Positions 1-7,053 of a stretch of DNA of 17,051 bases are shown here, one piece after another. Positions within the stretch are counted from its first letter, which is position 1. Every line of letters begins with the position of its first letter. The translations under genes were made by a program, and so were the position numbers. The notes beneath the pieces were generated by a model. That model saw only the letters and a program-made list of their open reading frames with translations, was not told the DNA's origin and made no database searches. Origin of the DNA: Candidatus Iainarchaeum sp. (GTDB taxonomy: Archaea; Iainarchaeota; Iainarchaeia; Iainarchaeales; UBA10191). The DNA is taken from the NCBI GenBank assembly GCA_030649735.1, contig JAUSFL010000013.1, forward strand, positions 1 to 17,051. The letters run 5' to 3'.

Positions 1-207
1 CTTCCTTCATTGCTTGAGGCTTCAAAAAACTCTGAAGAGCTTTCTGCCAAAATTTTTGAGCTTGCAAAATCCAAAAACATTGAATTGAAAGATTTTTTCA
101 AGTCTGCATACTTGGCTTTAATCAACAAGGAGCGCGGCCCAAAGCTTGCGGGTTTTTTGACTGCCTTGGGTTTTGAAAAAACGCAAAAATTGTTTGGGCA
201 ACTGTGA
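1..207 (+). CDS. lysS: Class I lysyl-tRNA synthetase, C-terminal (anticodon-binding) end; truncated by the window start
   Basis: Frame is open from base 1 (LPSLLEASKNS...). It contains FFKSAYLALINKERGPKLAGFLTALG, matching the F..Y..L.....GP.L..F...LG signature of the class I LysRS C-terminus. Confidence 0.85.
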   Translation, partial: LPSLLEASKNSEELSAKIFELAKSKNIELKDFFKSAYLALINKERGPKLAGFLTALGFEKTQKLFGQL

Positions 208-265
208 ATTTCAACCGGCACTTCACTTTCCAAGCATTTAATTTACCCTAATTCATAATATTTTA

Positions 266-925
266 ATGGAAATTAATCCAGAAACAGCAGAGTTCGTTGG
301 TGCTTTGCTTGGTGATGGCTGTCTTTCAAAGTATTGGAGCAATAGTGAAAATTGTTGGCGCTTTGAAATTGCTTTCACTGGCAGCAACTCTGACTTTGAT
401 TATTACAACAAGTTTATTCAACCAACTGTTTTGAAGAATTTTGGCTTGCGCGGCCGATTGTTTGTTAGAAAGGACAATTCTACAAGATACCACATTCGAA
501 GTAGGCGACTTTTCGAGCAATTGCATGATTTTGGCATTCCTTCAGGAGTCAAAGGGCGTTCTTTAAAAATTCCCGCAAGCATTCTTTCAGATAATAATTT
601 GGCAATTGCTTGCGTTCGGGGAATTTGGAATACTGATGGCAGCATTTTCAAGAGATACAATTCTGTTTGCAAAAACCATTCTCGTTTGTACGGGGATTAT
701 TTGGTTATGGGATTAAAGATGTTTTCAAAAAAACTGCTTACTCAAGTTAGTGCGGTCTTGAACGCTAATGGAATTAAAACAACCCGTGTTTTTCCAAGTG
801 AAAATTGTTTTGTTTTGAAAATTTGTGACCAAAAAGCAATAAGAAAATATGTAGAGTTAATTGGGTTTTCCAACAACCAGCACATTGAAAGGATGAATTC
901 TTTTTTAAAAACCCCTTTAGTTTAA
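266..925 (+). CDS. Free-standing double-motif LAGLIDADG endonuclease-like protein (intein/DOD type)
   Basis: Two LAGLIDADG helices, AEFVGALLGDGCL and ACVRGIWNTDGSIF, both keep the acidic residue. It has its own ATG, with no intein splicing blocks (no N-terminal Cys/Ser, no C-terminal His-Asn). Confidence 0.85.
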   Translation: MEINPETAEFVGALLGDGCLSKYWSNSENCWRFEIAFTGSNSDFDYYNKFIQPTVLKNFGLRGRLFVRKDNSTRYHIRSRRLFEQLHDFGIPSGVKGRSLKIPASILSDNNLAIACVRGIWNTDGSIFKRYNSVCKNHSRLYGDYLVMGLKMFSKKLLTQVSAVLNANGIKTTRVFPSENCFVLKICDQKAIRKYVELIGFSNNQHIERMNSFLKTPLV

Positions 926-927
926 AT
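921..927 (+). promoter_or_regulatory. Putative archaeal TATA box for tRNA-Lys
   Basis: TTTAAAT lies about 28-34 nt upstream of the first base of the mature tRNA (955). Confidence 0.45.
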
Positions 928-985
928 GTTTTTTCCACTAATATCTAATTAAGTGGGCCCGTAGCTCAGCTTGGTAGAGCACCAG

Positions 986-1010
986 TTTTTTTGAATTCAA
1001 AAAAGGTGAA
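986..1010 (+). other. tRNA intron 1 (25 nt, non-canonical 30/31 site) with a strict bulge-helix-bulge
   Basis: Outer helix AGAG(976-979)/CTCT(1012-1015), central 4-bp helix CACC(980-983)/GGTG(1005-1008), 3-nt bulges AG|T and AA|A, inner helix TTTTTTG/CAAAAAA closed by an AATT loop. Confidence 0.88.
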
Positions 1011-1017
1011 ACTCTTA

Positions 1018-1037
1018 ATCAGGCTGTCTGAGGACCG
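1018..1037 (+). other. tRNA intron 2 (20 nt, canonical 37/38 site) with a relaxed bulge-helix-bulge
   Basis: Outer helix CCAGA/TCTGG, bulges TA|A and CG|A, central helix CTCT/GGAC (3 of 4 pairs, one C-C mismatch), inner helix TCAG/CTGA with a GCTGT loop. Confidence 0.78.
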
Positions 1038-1162
1038 ATCTGGCCGCCGAGGGTTCAAATCCCTCCGGGCTCGCTCACGCTTTACTTTAACAGGTGCTTA
1101 AAATTCATTGTGTTTTTAGGATTTGTTTAAAACAATTCTCTTTCAAAAGTTTTTAGGCATTT

Positions 1163-1236
1163 GAGGATGTCGCCAAGCCTGGTAAGGCCTACGGCTGAAG
1201 ACCGTATATGCGCGGGTTCAAATCCCGCCATCCTCA
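1163..1236 (+). tRNA. tRNA-Phe(GAA), intronless
   Basis: Acceptor stem GAGGATG/CATCCTC plus A73, D stem GCC/GGC, anticodon arm TACGG-CT-GAA-GA-CCGTA (anticodon 1197-1199), T arm GCGGG-TTCAAAT-CCCGC. TTTAAAA lies upstream at 1126-1132 and a T-tract follows the gene. Confidence 0.9.
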
Positions 1237-1257
1237 ATTTTTTCTTTTTGTGATTTA

Positions 1258-1539
1258 ATGCCAAAAAATCTTGAAGTTAAAGTCAATTCAATTCTTGAAA
1301 GGAACAAGCGGGTTGAGTCTGACAAGGCTTGGGAAACAAGCAAGGCAAGGCGTTTGGTTCTTGCTGTCGCGACTTATGTTGTAGTTTGGTTTTTTCTGAT
1401 TGTCATTAATGCGCCAAATCCTGAATTGGCTGCTTTGGTTCCTGCTGGCGCGTTTTTGCTTCAGCAGTATTCTCTTCCTTTTTTGAAGGATTGGTGGGTT
1501 GAAAAAGTCCATAAAGCCAAGCCAGTGAAAAAGTGCTAG
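1258..1539 (+). CDS. Small membrane protein (2 TM), conserved hypothetical
   Basis: 93-aa ATG ORF. The RNKRVESDKAWETS..RR segment followed by two hydrophobic helices resembles a hypothetical family I recall from CPR/DPANN genomes. Confidence 0.75.
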   Translation: MPKNLEVKVNSILERNKRVESDKAWETSKARRLVLAVATYVVVWFFLIVINAPNPELAALVPAGAFLLQQYSLPFLKDWWVEKVHKAKPVKKC

Positions 1540-1616
1540 AAACTGGCTTTTTTTGCCCAACTTTTAATAACTACTTTTGCCAATAGTATTAGTATTGTCA
1601 TTTGGGGGAATTTTAA

Positions 1617-1742
1617 ATGGGTTTTATACAGGATTTTTTGAGGGCGTTTAATTCTACTGAAAAGGACGCCAAGCCGGCGAAAAAGAAGGGCAAGTTTTCT
1701 TTTGACTCTTCAAGATTGAAAAAGAAAATAAAGTCTGAATAG
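1617..1742 (+). CDS. Putative 41-aa lysine-rich small protein (not in the ORF track)
   Basis: ATG at 1617 follows an SD-like GGGGGA. It translates to MGFIQDFLRAFNSTEKDAKPAKKKGKFSFDSSRLKKKIKSE and fills an otherwise empty intergenic gap. Confidence 0.5.
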   Translation: MGFIQDFLRAFNSTEKDAKPAKKKGKFSFDSSRLKKKIKSE

Positions 1743-1783
1743 TTTTTACAATTTTTCAAATACTAGCTTTTTGTTAGAGTTTC

Positions 1784-2113
1784 CTACCATTTTCTTTTGC
1801 CAATCATTTTTCCAGTTTTTGGATCGAAACTATGGGTTGCTATAGTGCCTACAGCCCCAAGCGGGGTGCCTCTGCTGTTCATAAATCTGTTGATTCTCCC
1901 ATGTCCTTTTACGTAATTGTATTCGACCCGGCCATTAGATAATTTGACATTTCCTTTTTCTCTTATTAATTTTAATAGTTTTGTTGGGAGCTTGTTTACA
2001 GTTAATCCGGGAGATATTGTTCTTGGCTTTAGCTTTGGTGCGCGATGTGGGTCCCCGATTCTTTTATTGGCTCCTTTTAATATTTTGGTAATTGATGGTC
2101 TTTTATTGGGCAT
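1784..2113 (-). CDS. Highly basic hypothetical protein (109 aa)
   Basis: ATG with an upstream GAGGA SD, 14 nt downstream of the KaiC-like gene. K/R-rich, with no recognised motif. Confidence 0.7.
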   Translation of the reverse strand: MPNKRPSITKILKGANKRIGDPHRAPKLKPRTISPGLTVNKLPTKLLKLIREKGNVKLSNGRVEYNYVKGHGRINRFMNSRGTPLGAVGTIATHSFDPKTGKMIGKRKW

Positions 2114-2127
2114 TTTATATTCCTCAT

Positions 2128-2865
2128 TTAAACTTCGTAGTCTTCTTCCACTTTGTGTATTAGTATTCCTTTTTCCGTGATTTCTAAAGGGTGCAGGTCT
2201 TCTGAGTGCTTTGTGGCGCGCATTTTCCTTATGTGCATTGTCCTGTTGCTTTGCGTTCCGATTCCCATGTAGTGCAGGACTATTACTCCGTCCACGACGA
2301 ATTCTTCTACCCCGTATCTTCCGAACTTGTTTTCTCCTTCTGCGACTTCGGAAGTCATTAGGCTTGTGACTCCGGTTTTTGCCAGGAGGTAGCTTAGTTT
2401 TAGTATTGCTTTTCTCACTTCGACTTCGTTTTCGAAATTCATTCCAAGTGCTGGCAGCGAGTCAATCACGAGCCTTTTTGCCCCGATTCTTTTTGCAACC
2501 CGCATTATTTCCAAAAGCAATTTGTCGAGGTCAAATCCGGAGCTTGGCAGGCTGAATTGCTCTTCTGAAGGCAGGCCGATTTTTGCAAGGCTTCCGTCAA
2601 TTATTTGCAGCATGTTTTCGTCTTCTAGCTTTCTTAAGTCCCAACCGAACCTTATCATGTCTTGCCTTATGAGTTCCGGCCTTTCGTCAAGAGTCACGTA
2701 AATTCCCGGCTCGTTGTATTTTTTTGCCCCTTGGTATAAGTACTGTATTCCAAAGATTGTTTTTCCGGTTCCGGTTCCCCCGGAAATGAGGACGCTTCTT
2801 CCTTCCGGCACTCCGCCTTCCATTAGTTCGTCAAGGCCGGTTATTCCTGTTGGCACTCTGTTCAT
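2128..2865 (-). CDS. Single-domain KaiC/RAD55-like RecA-superfamily ATPase
   Basis: RVPTGITGLDELMEGG N-terminus, Walker A GGTGTGKT, Walker B LVIDS, DGVI.L and KMR arginine-finger motifs, and an upstream GTGA SD. Confidence 0.92.
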   Translation of the reverse strand: MNRVPTGITGLDELMEGGVPEGRSVLISGGTGTGKTIFGIQYLYQGAKKYNEPGIYVTLDERPELIRQDMIRFGWDLRKLEDENMLQIIDGSLAKIGLPSEEQFSLPSSGFDLDKLLLEIMRVAKRIGAKRLVIDSLPALGMNFENEVEVRKAILKLSYLLAKTGVTSLMTSEVAEGENKFGRYGVEEFVVDGVIVLHYMGIGTQSNRTMHIRKMRATKHSEDLHPLEITEKGILIHKVEEDYEV

Positions 2866-2912
2866 TTGATCACTGAAAAATTATTGTTTTTGTTGTTTAA
2901 AAGCGTTTGTTT

Positions 2913-4757
2913 TTAGCTTCTTGAAACTGTCTGTACGCCCTTTATTGCCTGCACTTTTTCCATTATTTGCTCTAGTTCTTTGAGGTTTTTGATTTCTATC
3001 TCAAAATTGCATTCGGCCATTTTGTTTAGTGTGGTTTTTGCGTTTGCTGAACTGACGCGGGCTTGGAATTTTGCGAAAACATTGAGCAGTTCTGAAAGCA
3101 GTCCAGGCTTTTCAACCGCGTTTATTTTCAAGGCTACTGAAAAGCTTCCTTTGCCTTTAATGTCCCATGAAACGTCAATTTTTCTTTGGCCTTGGCTTGC
3201 TTTTGCGTTGGGGCAGTCTATCCTGTGCACTGAAATTTTTCTTTTGGTTGTCAAGAAGCCCATTATTTCATCGCCCGGCACTGGCTTGCAGCATTTGGAG
3301 AGCTTTAGTGTTTTGTCTTCTGCGCTTTTGATGCTTATGCTTTTGATTGCCATTTGCTTTATTTTTGCGGGCTTTTTTGTCACTGCCTGTATTTGTAATG
3401 CCTGGCGTATTTTGTTTGATGCCTTGCTTGTTTTTACAAAGCTCAGCCATTGCCTTTTTGGCTGCTGTTTTTCTGAAGTGGCGATTTCCACGGTTTCTCC
3501 GTTCTGCAATTTGTAGTCTAAAGGCACGGCTTTTCCGTTGATTATTGCCTTGTCTATCTTGAATCCGAGGTCTGAGTGCACTGCAAATGCAAAGTCTATT
3601 GGCGTCGCGCCTTCTGGCAATTCAATGGCCTGGCCTTTTGGCGTGAACACGAAGATTTCGTTTTCGAAAAAATCAAGTTTTAGCGAGTCCAGGAATTCTT
3701 TCGCTTTTTCCGAATCCTGCATCCATTCCATTGCTTCCTTGATCCAGGAGAGCTTTTTGTCTAGCTTTTCGCCGTCGCTTTGCTCTTTTTTGTATTTCCA
3801 GTGCGCGGCAATTCCTGTTTCTGCAATGTAATGCATTTCTTTGGTTCTGATTTGGATTTCTATTGGCTTTTGATTTGGCCCGATGATTACTGTGTGGAGG
3901 CTTTGGTATAGGTTTGGCTTTGGTTTTGCGATGTAGTCGTTGAATTCAGAGCTTAATGGGTGCCATTGTTCGTGGACTATCCCTAATATTTGGTAGCATT
4001 CTTTCACGCTTTCCGTGATGATCCTGATTGCGAGCAAGTCGTAAATTTCTTCAAGTTTTTTGTGCTTGTTTTGCATTTTTTTCCAAATGCTGTGCAAGTG
4101 CTTTGTCCTGCCGTAAATTTCTGCTTCAATTCCGGCGCTTTTGAGCTTGTCACGGAGAATTTGCTTTACTATCTCCACTTGCTTTTCCCTGCTTTCCCTG
4201 CTTTCTTCAATGCTTGCTTCAAGCGCCTTGAATTCTTTCGGGTGCTGGATTTCAAAAGACTTGTTTTCAATGATGTTTTTTATGCGGTTCATTCCAAGCT
4301 TGTGGGCTAATGGCGAGTAGATTTCTGAGGCTTCTTTTGCCGCTTCTTTTGACGGTTTTTCTTCAAGCTCGATTATTTTGTCTGCGAAGCTTATTATGAT
4401 AATTCGCAGGTCTTTGCTCATGGAAAGCATTATTTTTCGCAAGACTTCTGTCTTTTGGTCGCTTGTGGATTTTTTTGGAAGCTCTTGGATTTTTTTGACT
4501 AGTTCTGCGAGCTCTGTTGTGCTTTTTCCGAATTTTTTTGCCGCGTCTTCAGCATTGATTTTTCCGTTTTTTAGCAATTGGAGCAAAAAGGCTGCGCAAA
4601 TTGTTTCAGAATCTGTCTTTAGCTCTAAAAGCTCTTCAAGTATGGTTTTGGCAGTGTTTTCTGAGACTGTTTCTTTTGCAAGCTCTGCTGCCGCTTGGAT
4701 TTTTTCAGCGGTCTCTTGGGTGAATTTTTCCGAGAGCTTTTTTCCGATGTTTTGCAT
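2913..4757 (-). CDS. relA: Long RelA/SpoT homologue: degenerate HD, (p)ppGpp synthetase, TGS, zinc-finger (ZFD/CC) and ACT domains
   Basis: Synthetase motifs GRTKHLHSIWKKM, IYDLLAIRII, DYIAKPKPNLYQSLHT and EIQIRT..MH..AE.G.AAHWKYK. TGS: IFVFTPKG...LPEGATPIDFAFAVHS. ZFD: KCCKPVPGD...VHRIDCPN. ACT domain at the C-terminus. Confidence 0.95.
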   Translation of the reverse strand: MQNIGKKLSEKFTQETAEKIQAAAELAKETVSENTAKTILEELLELKTDSETICAAFLLQLLKNGKINAEDAAKKFGKSTTELAELVKKIQELPKKSTSDQKTEVLRKIMLSMSKDLRIIIISFADKIIELEEKPSKEAAKEASEIYSPLAHKLGMNRIKNIIENKSFEIQHPKEFKALEASIEESRESREKQVEIVKQILRDKLKSAGIEAEIYGRTKHLHSIWKKMQNKHKKLEEIYDLLAIRIITESVKECYQILGIVHEQWHPLSSEFNDYIAKPKPNLYQSLHTVIIGPNQKPIEIQIRTKEMHYIAETGIAAHWKYKKEQSDGEKLDKKLSWIKEAMEWMQDSEKAKEFLDSLKLDFFENEIFVFTPKGQAIELPEGATPIDFAFAVHSDLGFKIDKAIINGKAVPLDYKLQNGETVEIATSEKQQPKRQWLSFVKTSKASNKIRQALQIQAVTKKPAKIKQMAIKSISIKSAEDKTLKLSKCCKPVPGDEIMGFLTTKRKISVHRIDCPNAKASQGQRKIDVSWDIKGKGSFSVALKINAVEKPGLLSELLNVFAKFQARVSSANAKTTLNKMAECNFEIEIKNLKELEQIMEKVQAIKGVQTVSRS

Positions 4758-4904
4758 TCTTTCCGCCTTGATATTTTTGGTTTAAAAACTGCTTTATAAC
4801 TAACGCAGAATATTATGTATAGATTTGAATAGTGTTTTAAATAAGTTTATTGCTATATAATGTCAGTTTTTTTATAATTTGTTCTCGTTTGGGGTGGTAT
4901 TGAA

Positions 4905-5273
4905 ATGGAGAAACGCTTAGTCTTAAGTTTTAGTGACGGCGACGACATTCTAGAGGGTGTCAGGCAGGCTGCTGCAGAGCATGATGTTGATTTTGCAAAA
5001 TTTCACAGCGCTAATGGATGCATCAAGGATTTTCAAATAATATCTGACGATTATAGGGATATTTCAAGCATTGCTGATGACTATCTTGTTGACAAGATTG
5101 CCGGAAGAATAATGAAGCAAAAGGACGCCCATAAAATAAACCTTCATTTTACTTTGGTGAAAAAGGCGTCTGGAAAAACCACTCCGATTTCTGGAGAATT
5201 GCGAAAGGGAATTGTTTCCGGGGATTTGACAATTGTTTTAACATTATCTGACATGAAAAATATTATTCATTAA
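4905..5273 (+). CDS. PPC/DUF296-like protein (degenerate)
   Basis: LVLSFSDGDDILEGV...SANGCI and INLHFTL...ISGEL follow the DUF296 pattern. GGGGTGGT SD upstream. Confidence 0.7.
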   Translation: MEKRLVLSFSDGDDILEGVRQAAAEHDVDFAKFHSANGCIKDFQIISDDYRDISSIADDYLVDKIAGRIMKQKDAHKINLHFTLVKKASGKTTPISGELRKGIVSGDLTIVLTLSDMKNIIH

Positions 5274-5290
5274 AAATGGGGTGTTATTGA

Positions 5291-5659
5291 ATGGCCAATG
5301 TTTCAATTTCAGCAAATTTGTTTCCTTACAGGCTTAGCATGAAGGCTCATGCAAAGCTTGCTGGAGAGCTCACTATAGAAATAGTGAATAATGACTCTAA
5401 AACCAAGCTTTTGACAATGGACTTGACTTTTCCAGAGCAGGTTTCAACAGACAAAAGCGGAATGAATCGTTCAATTTCCAAGCAAATAAAAGACGTTCAG
5501 CCCGGAGCGAAATTAAAGATGAATTTTCCAGTATTTTTGACTCAAAGGGCTTCTACTGGCGTTTTTTCAGGAAAATTGCTTATTTCAGAGCAAGCGCCTA
5601 ATTTAGAATACGCTACAGCCAATTACAGCAAGGAAGTCTCTTTCAGGATTATTGATTAA
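5291..5659 (+). CDS. Hypothetical protein, probable Ig-like beta-sandwich
   Basis: Alternating hydrophobic strands (LTIEIVNN, LTMDLTFP, VQPG...MNFPVF, GKLLISE) and no signal peptide. GGGGTG SD upstream, 17 nt after the previous gene. Confidence 0.65.
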   Translation: MANVSISANLFPYRLSMKAHAKLAGELTIEIVNNDSKTKLLTMDLTFPEQVSTDKSGMNRSISKQIKDVQPGAKLKMNFPVFLTQRASTGVFSGKLLISEQAPNLEYATANYSKEVSFRIID

Positions 5660-5680
5660 GCCCGAAAAAGGCTTTTTCTT
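5658..5680 (+). terminator. Putative terminator hairpin and T-tract
   Basis: AAGCC-CGAAAAA-GGCTT is followed by T-rich sequence directly after the stop of 5291-5659. Confidence 0.35.
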
Positions 5681-5813
5681 TGCTTTTTTCCAATTTCTGG
5701 CTTTTTTGGTTGCTTTCCTTAACCAAAAACTTTTTAAATGACTTAGCCTGTTAGAATTATTGGTTTGCGATTATTTGTCTTCTTGCAAATCAGGAAATTC
5801 GGGTGGTAGGCAT

Positions 5814-6107
5814 ATGAAAATACAGCAAATTTGCCCTTCTTGCTTTTCGACACGCGTCCATAACAAGATCGGCGCCAGTGGCGGTTACAAAGAGAACGGA
5901 ATGTACAGGATTCCAGACGATTTTGGCGAAGTTTTCTCCTGTTCAGACTGCAGATTCCAAGGAGTCGGCATTTTGGAAGGTAATGAAAATTTAGTGGCTC
6001 TTTTACGCGACAAGAAATTAGGCGCAAGAATGGCGAAAGAAGTTGTGGTTGAAAAGTCAGTCAGGGAATCAAAAACCTTGGCTATGCTGCAAGCACAATT
6101 GGCTTAA
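5814..6107 (+). CDS. Zinc-ribbon hypothetical protein (97 aa)
   Basis: CPSC...CSDC cysteine pairs. The ATG at 5814 follows a GGGTGGT SD and is preferred to the TTG at 5760. Confidence 0.75.
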   Translation: MKIQQICPSCFSTRVHNKIGASGGYKENGMYRIPDDFGEVFSCSDCRFQGVGILEGNENLVALLRDKKLGARMAKEVVVEKSVRESKTLAMLQAQLA

Positions 6108-6132
6108 AATTCAAAAAATTGTTTCGGCAGTC

Positions 6133-6444
6133 TTAATCTGAAGAGATTATGATTTCACTGCCGTCTTTTTCTATTTTTTTTAATTCTCTAGTGTACTTTC
6201 TAAAATTGAAGATTTCAAAAAGCATTGCAAAACCGCTGAACATTAGGAGTGCAAACCCGAACATCATTATTGGCTGGTTTGGGGCGTTTTCAAAAAGCTT
6301 TATTATAACCACGCCTAAAGTCATGAATGCTAAAAGAACTGTGATTTCAGCAAGCACTGTCCTTTCCTTGCTTAGTATTGTCCTTTCAAGCGAGAGCATC
6401 ACTTGCTCTTTTTCAAAATTTTCCATGCCGTTCTTCTTTTTCAT
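6133..6444 (-). CDS. DUF202/YidH-like small membrane protein
   Basis: LSLERTILSKERTVLA matches the L..ERT.LA motif and is followed by two TM helices. Start moved to the ATG at 6444 (6426 is also possible). Confidence 0.7.
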   Translation of the reverse strand: MKKKNGMENFEKEQVMLSLERTILSKERTVLAEITVLLAFMTLGVVIIKLFENAPNQPIMMFGFALLMFSGFAMLFEIFNFRKYTRELKKIEKDGSEIIISSD

Positions 6445-6529
6445 GCTATGATTAGGGCTTTTTAGTTTTAAAGCTTTTTGAAAGAAAGAAAAAAAGAAAA
6501 AGAAATTGAAAGGAATTTTTCCTTTCAAT

Positions 6530-6880
6530 TCAATCTTTGGCCAATGAATAAACTGCCTTCAATGCAACAATCAATGCTGCTGGAGCCACAAACAATCCAA
6601 TGTATGACATTATGCTGTCAAGGATTGTTCCGATTCCGAGGAAGTTTATGTAATTCCAGCCCACGTTTCCAGTTAGCATTAAAGCTACTGCTGCAACGAG
6701 GAATGGCATTGTTTCCTTGTCTTTTACATTCAAGAATCCTGTTATTAATCCCAATACAACAAGGACTAATCCTATGATTCCTGCCGTTGGAACATCTATC
6801 ATGCTGCTTGCAAGCCCGGCCAGCAATGCGATTATCACGCCGATAAGGAATGCAATTTGTCCTATTCCTATTTTTCCCAT
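6530..6880 (-). CDS. Conserved hypothetical 4-TM membrane protein
   Basis: Four hydrophobic segments with a GLITGFLNV...E...FLVA..AL pattern, and a strong GGAGGA SD. Confidence 0.85.
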   Translation of the reverse strand: MGKIGIGQIAFLIGVIIALLAGLASSMIDVPTAGIIGLVLVVLGLITGFLNVKDKETMPFLVAAVALMLTGNVGWNYINFLGIGTILDSIMSYIGLFVAPAALIVALKAVYSLAKD

Positions 6881-7053
6881 TAGTTATTCCTCCAAATATT
6901 TGGTTGTTAAATATTAGCTACTAATCAAATGGAAAGAGAATTTGCTTTTTAAATCTTTTTGAATGTTTTTCGTTGTTTGCCTTATAATTTGGTTTTTTTC
7001 TTGTTTGGGCCTGGTTTTTGCTTTAAAACACTTTTGAATTCTAAATTCTCATA

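Larger units (their letters stand above)
955..1073 (+). tRNA. tRNA-Lys(CTT) with two introns (986-1010 at position 30/31; 1018-1037 at position 37/38)
   Basis: Acceptor stem GGGCCCG(955-961)/CGGGCTC(1066-1072), discriminator G1073, D arm GCTC-AGCTTGGTA-GAGC and T arm GAGGG-TTCAAAT-CCCTC. After removing both inserts, the anticodon arm is CCAGA-CT-CTT-AA-TCTGG, with the anticodon at 1014-1016. No encoded CCA. Confidence 0.9.

Noticed and set aside
266-925. LAGLIDADG ORF as part of an intein or a group I/archaeal rRNA intron
   Set aside because: There are no splicing motifs and no interrupted host gene. lysS ends normally at 207 and the tRNA begins after the ORF.
987-1004. Perfect palindrome TTTTTTGAATTCAAAAAA as an operator or terminator
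   Set aside because: It is fully explained as the inner hairpin of tRNA intron 1.
2128-2865. Circadian clock KaiC
   Set aside because: It is a single domain with no Ser/Thr phosphosites at the expected position, and there is no kaiA or kaiB in the window.
2980-4785. Several plus-strand ORFs antisense to relA (and similar ones opposite tgt, radA, rpa, the SDR and the methyltransferase)
   Set aside because: They are shadow ORFs of well-supported genes, rich in Phe/Ser/Leu as expected from the reverse complement of Lys/Glu-rich coding sequence, and carry no motifs.
6445-6528. Phe-rich N-terminal extension of the DUF202-like ORF
   Set aside because: It is translation of a T-tract terminator/promoter region. 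The downstream ATG at 6444 is more plausible.
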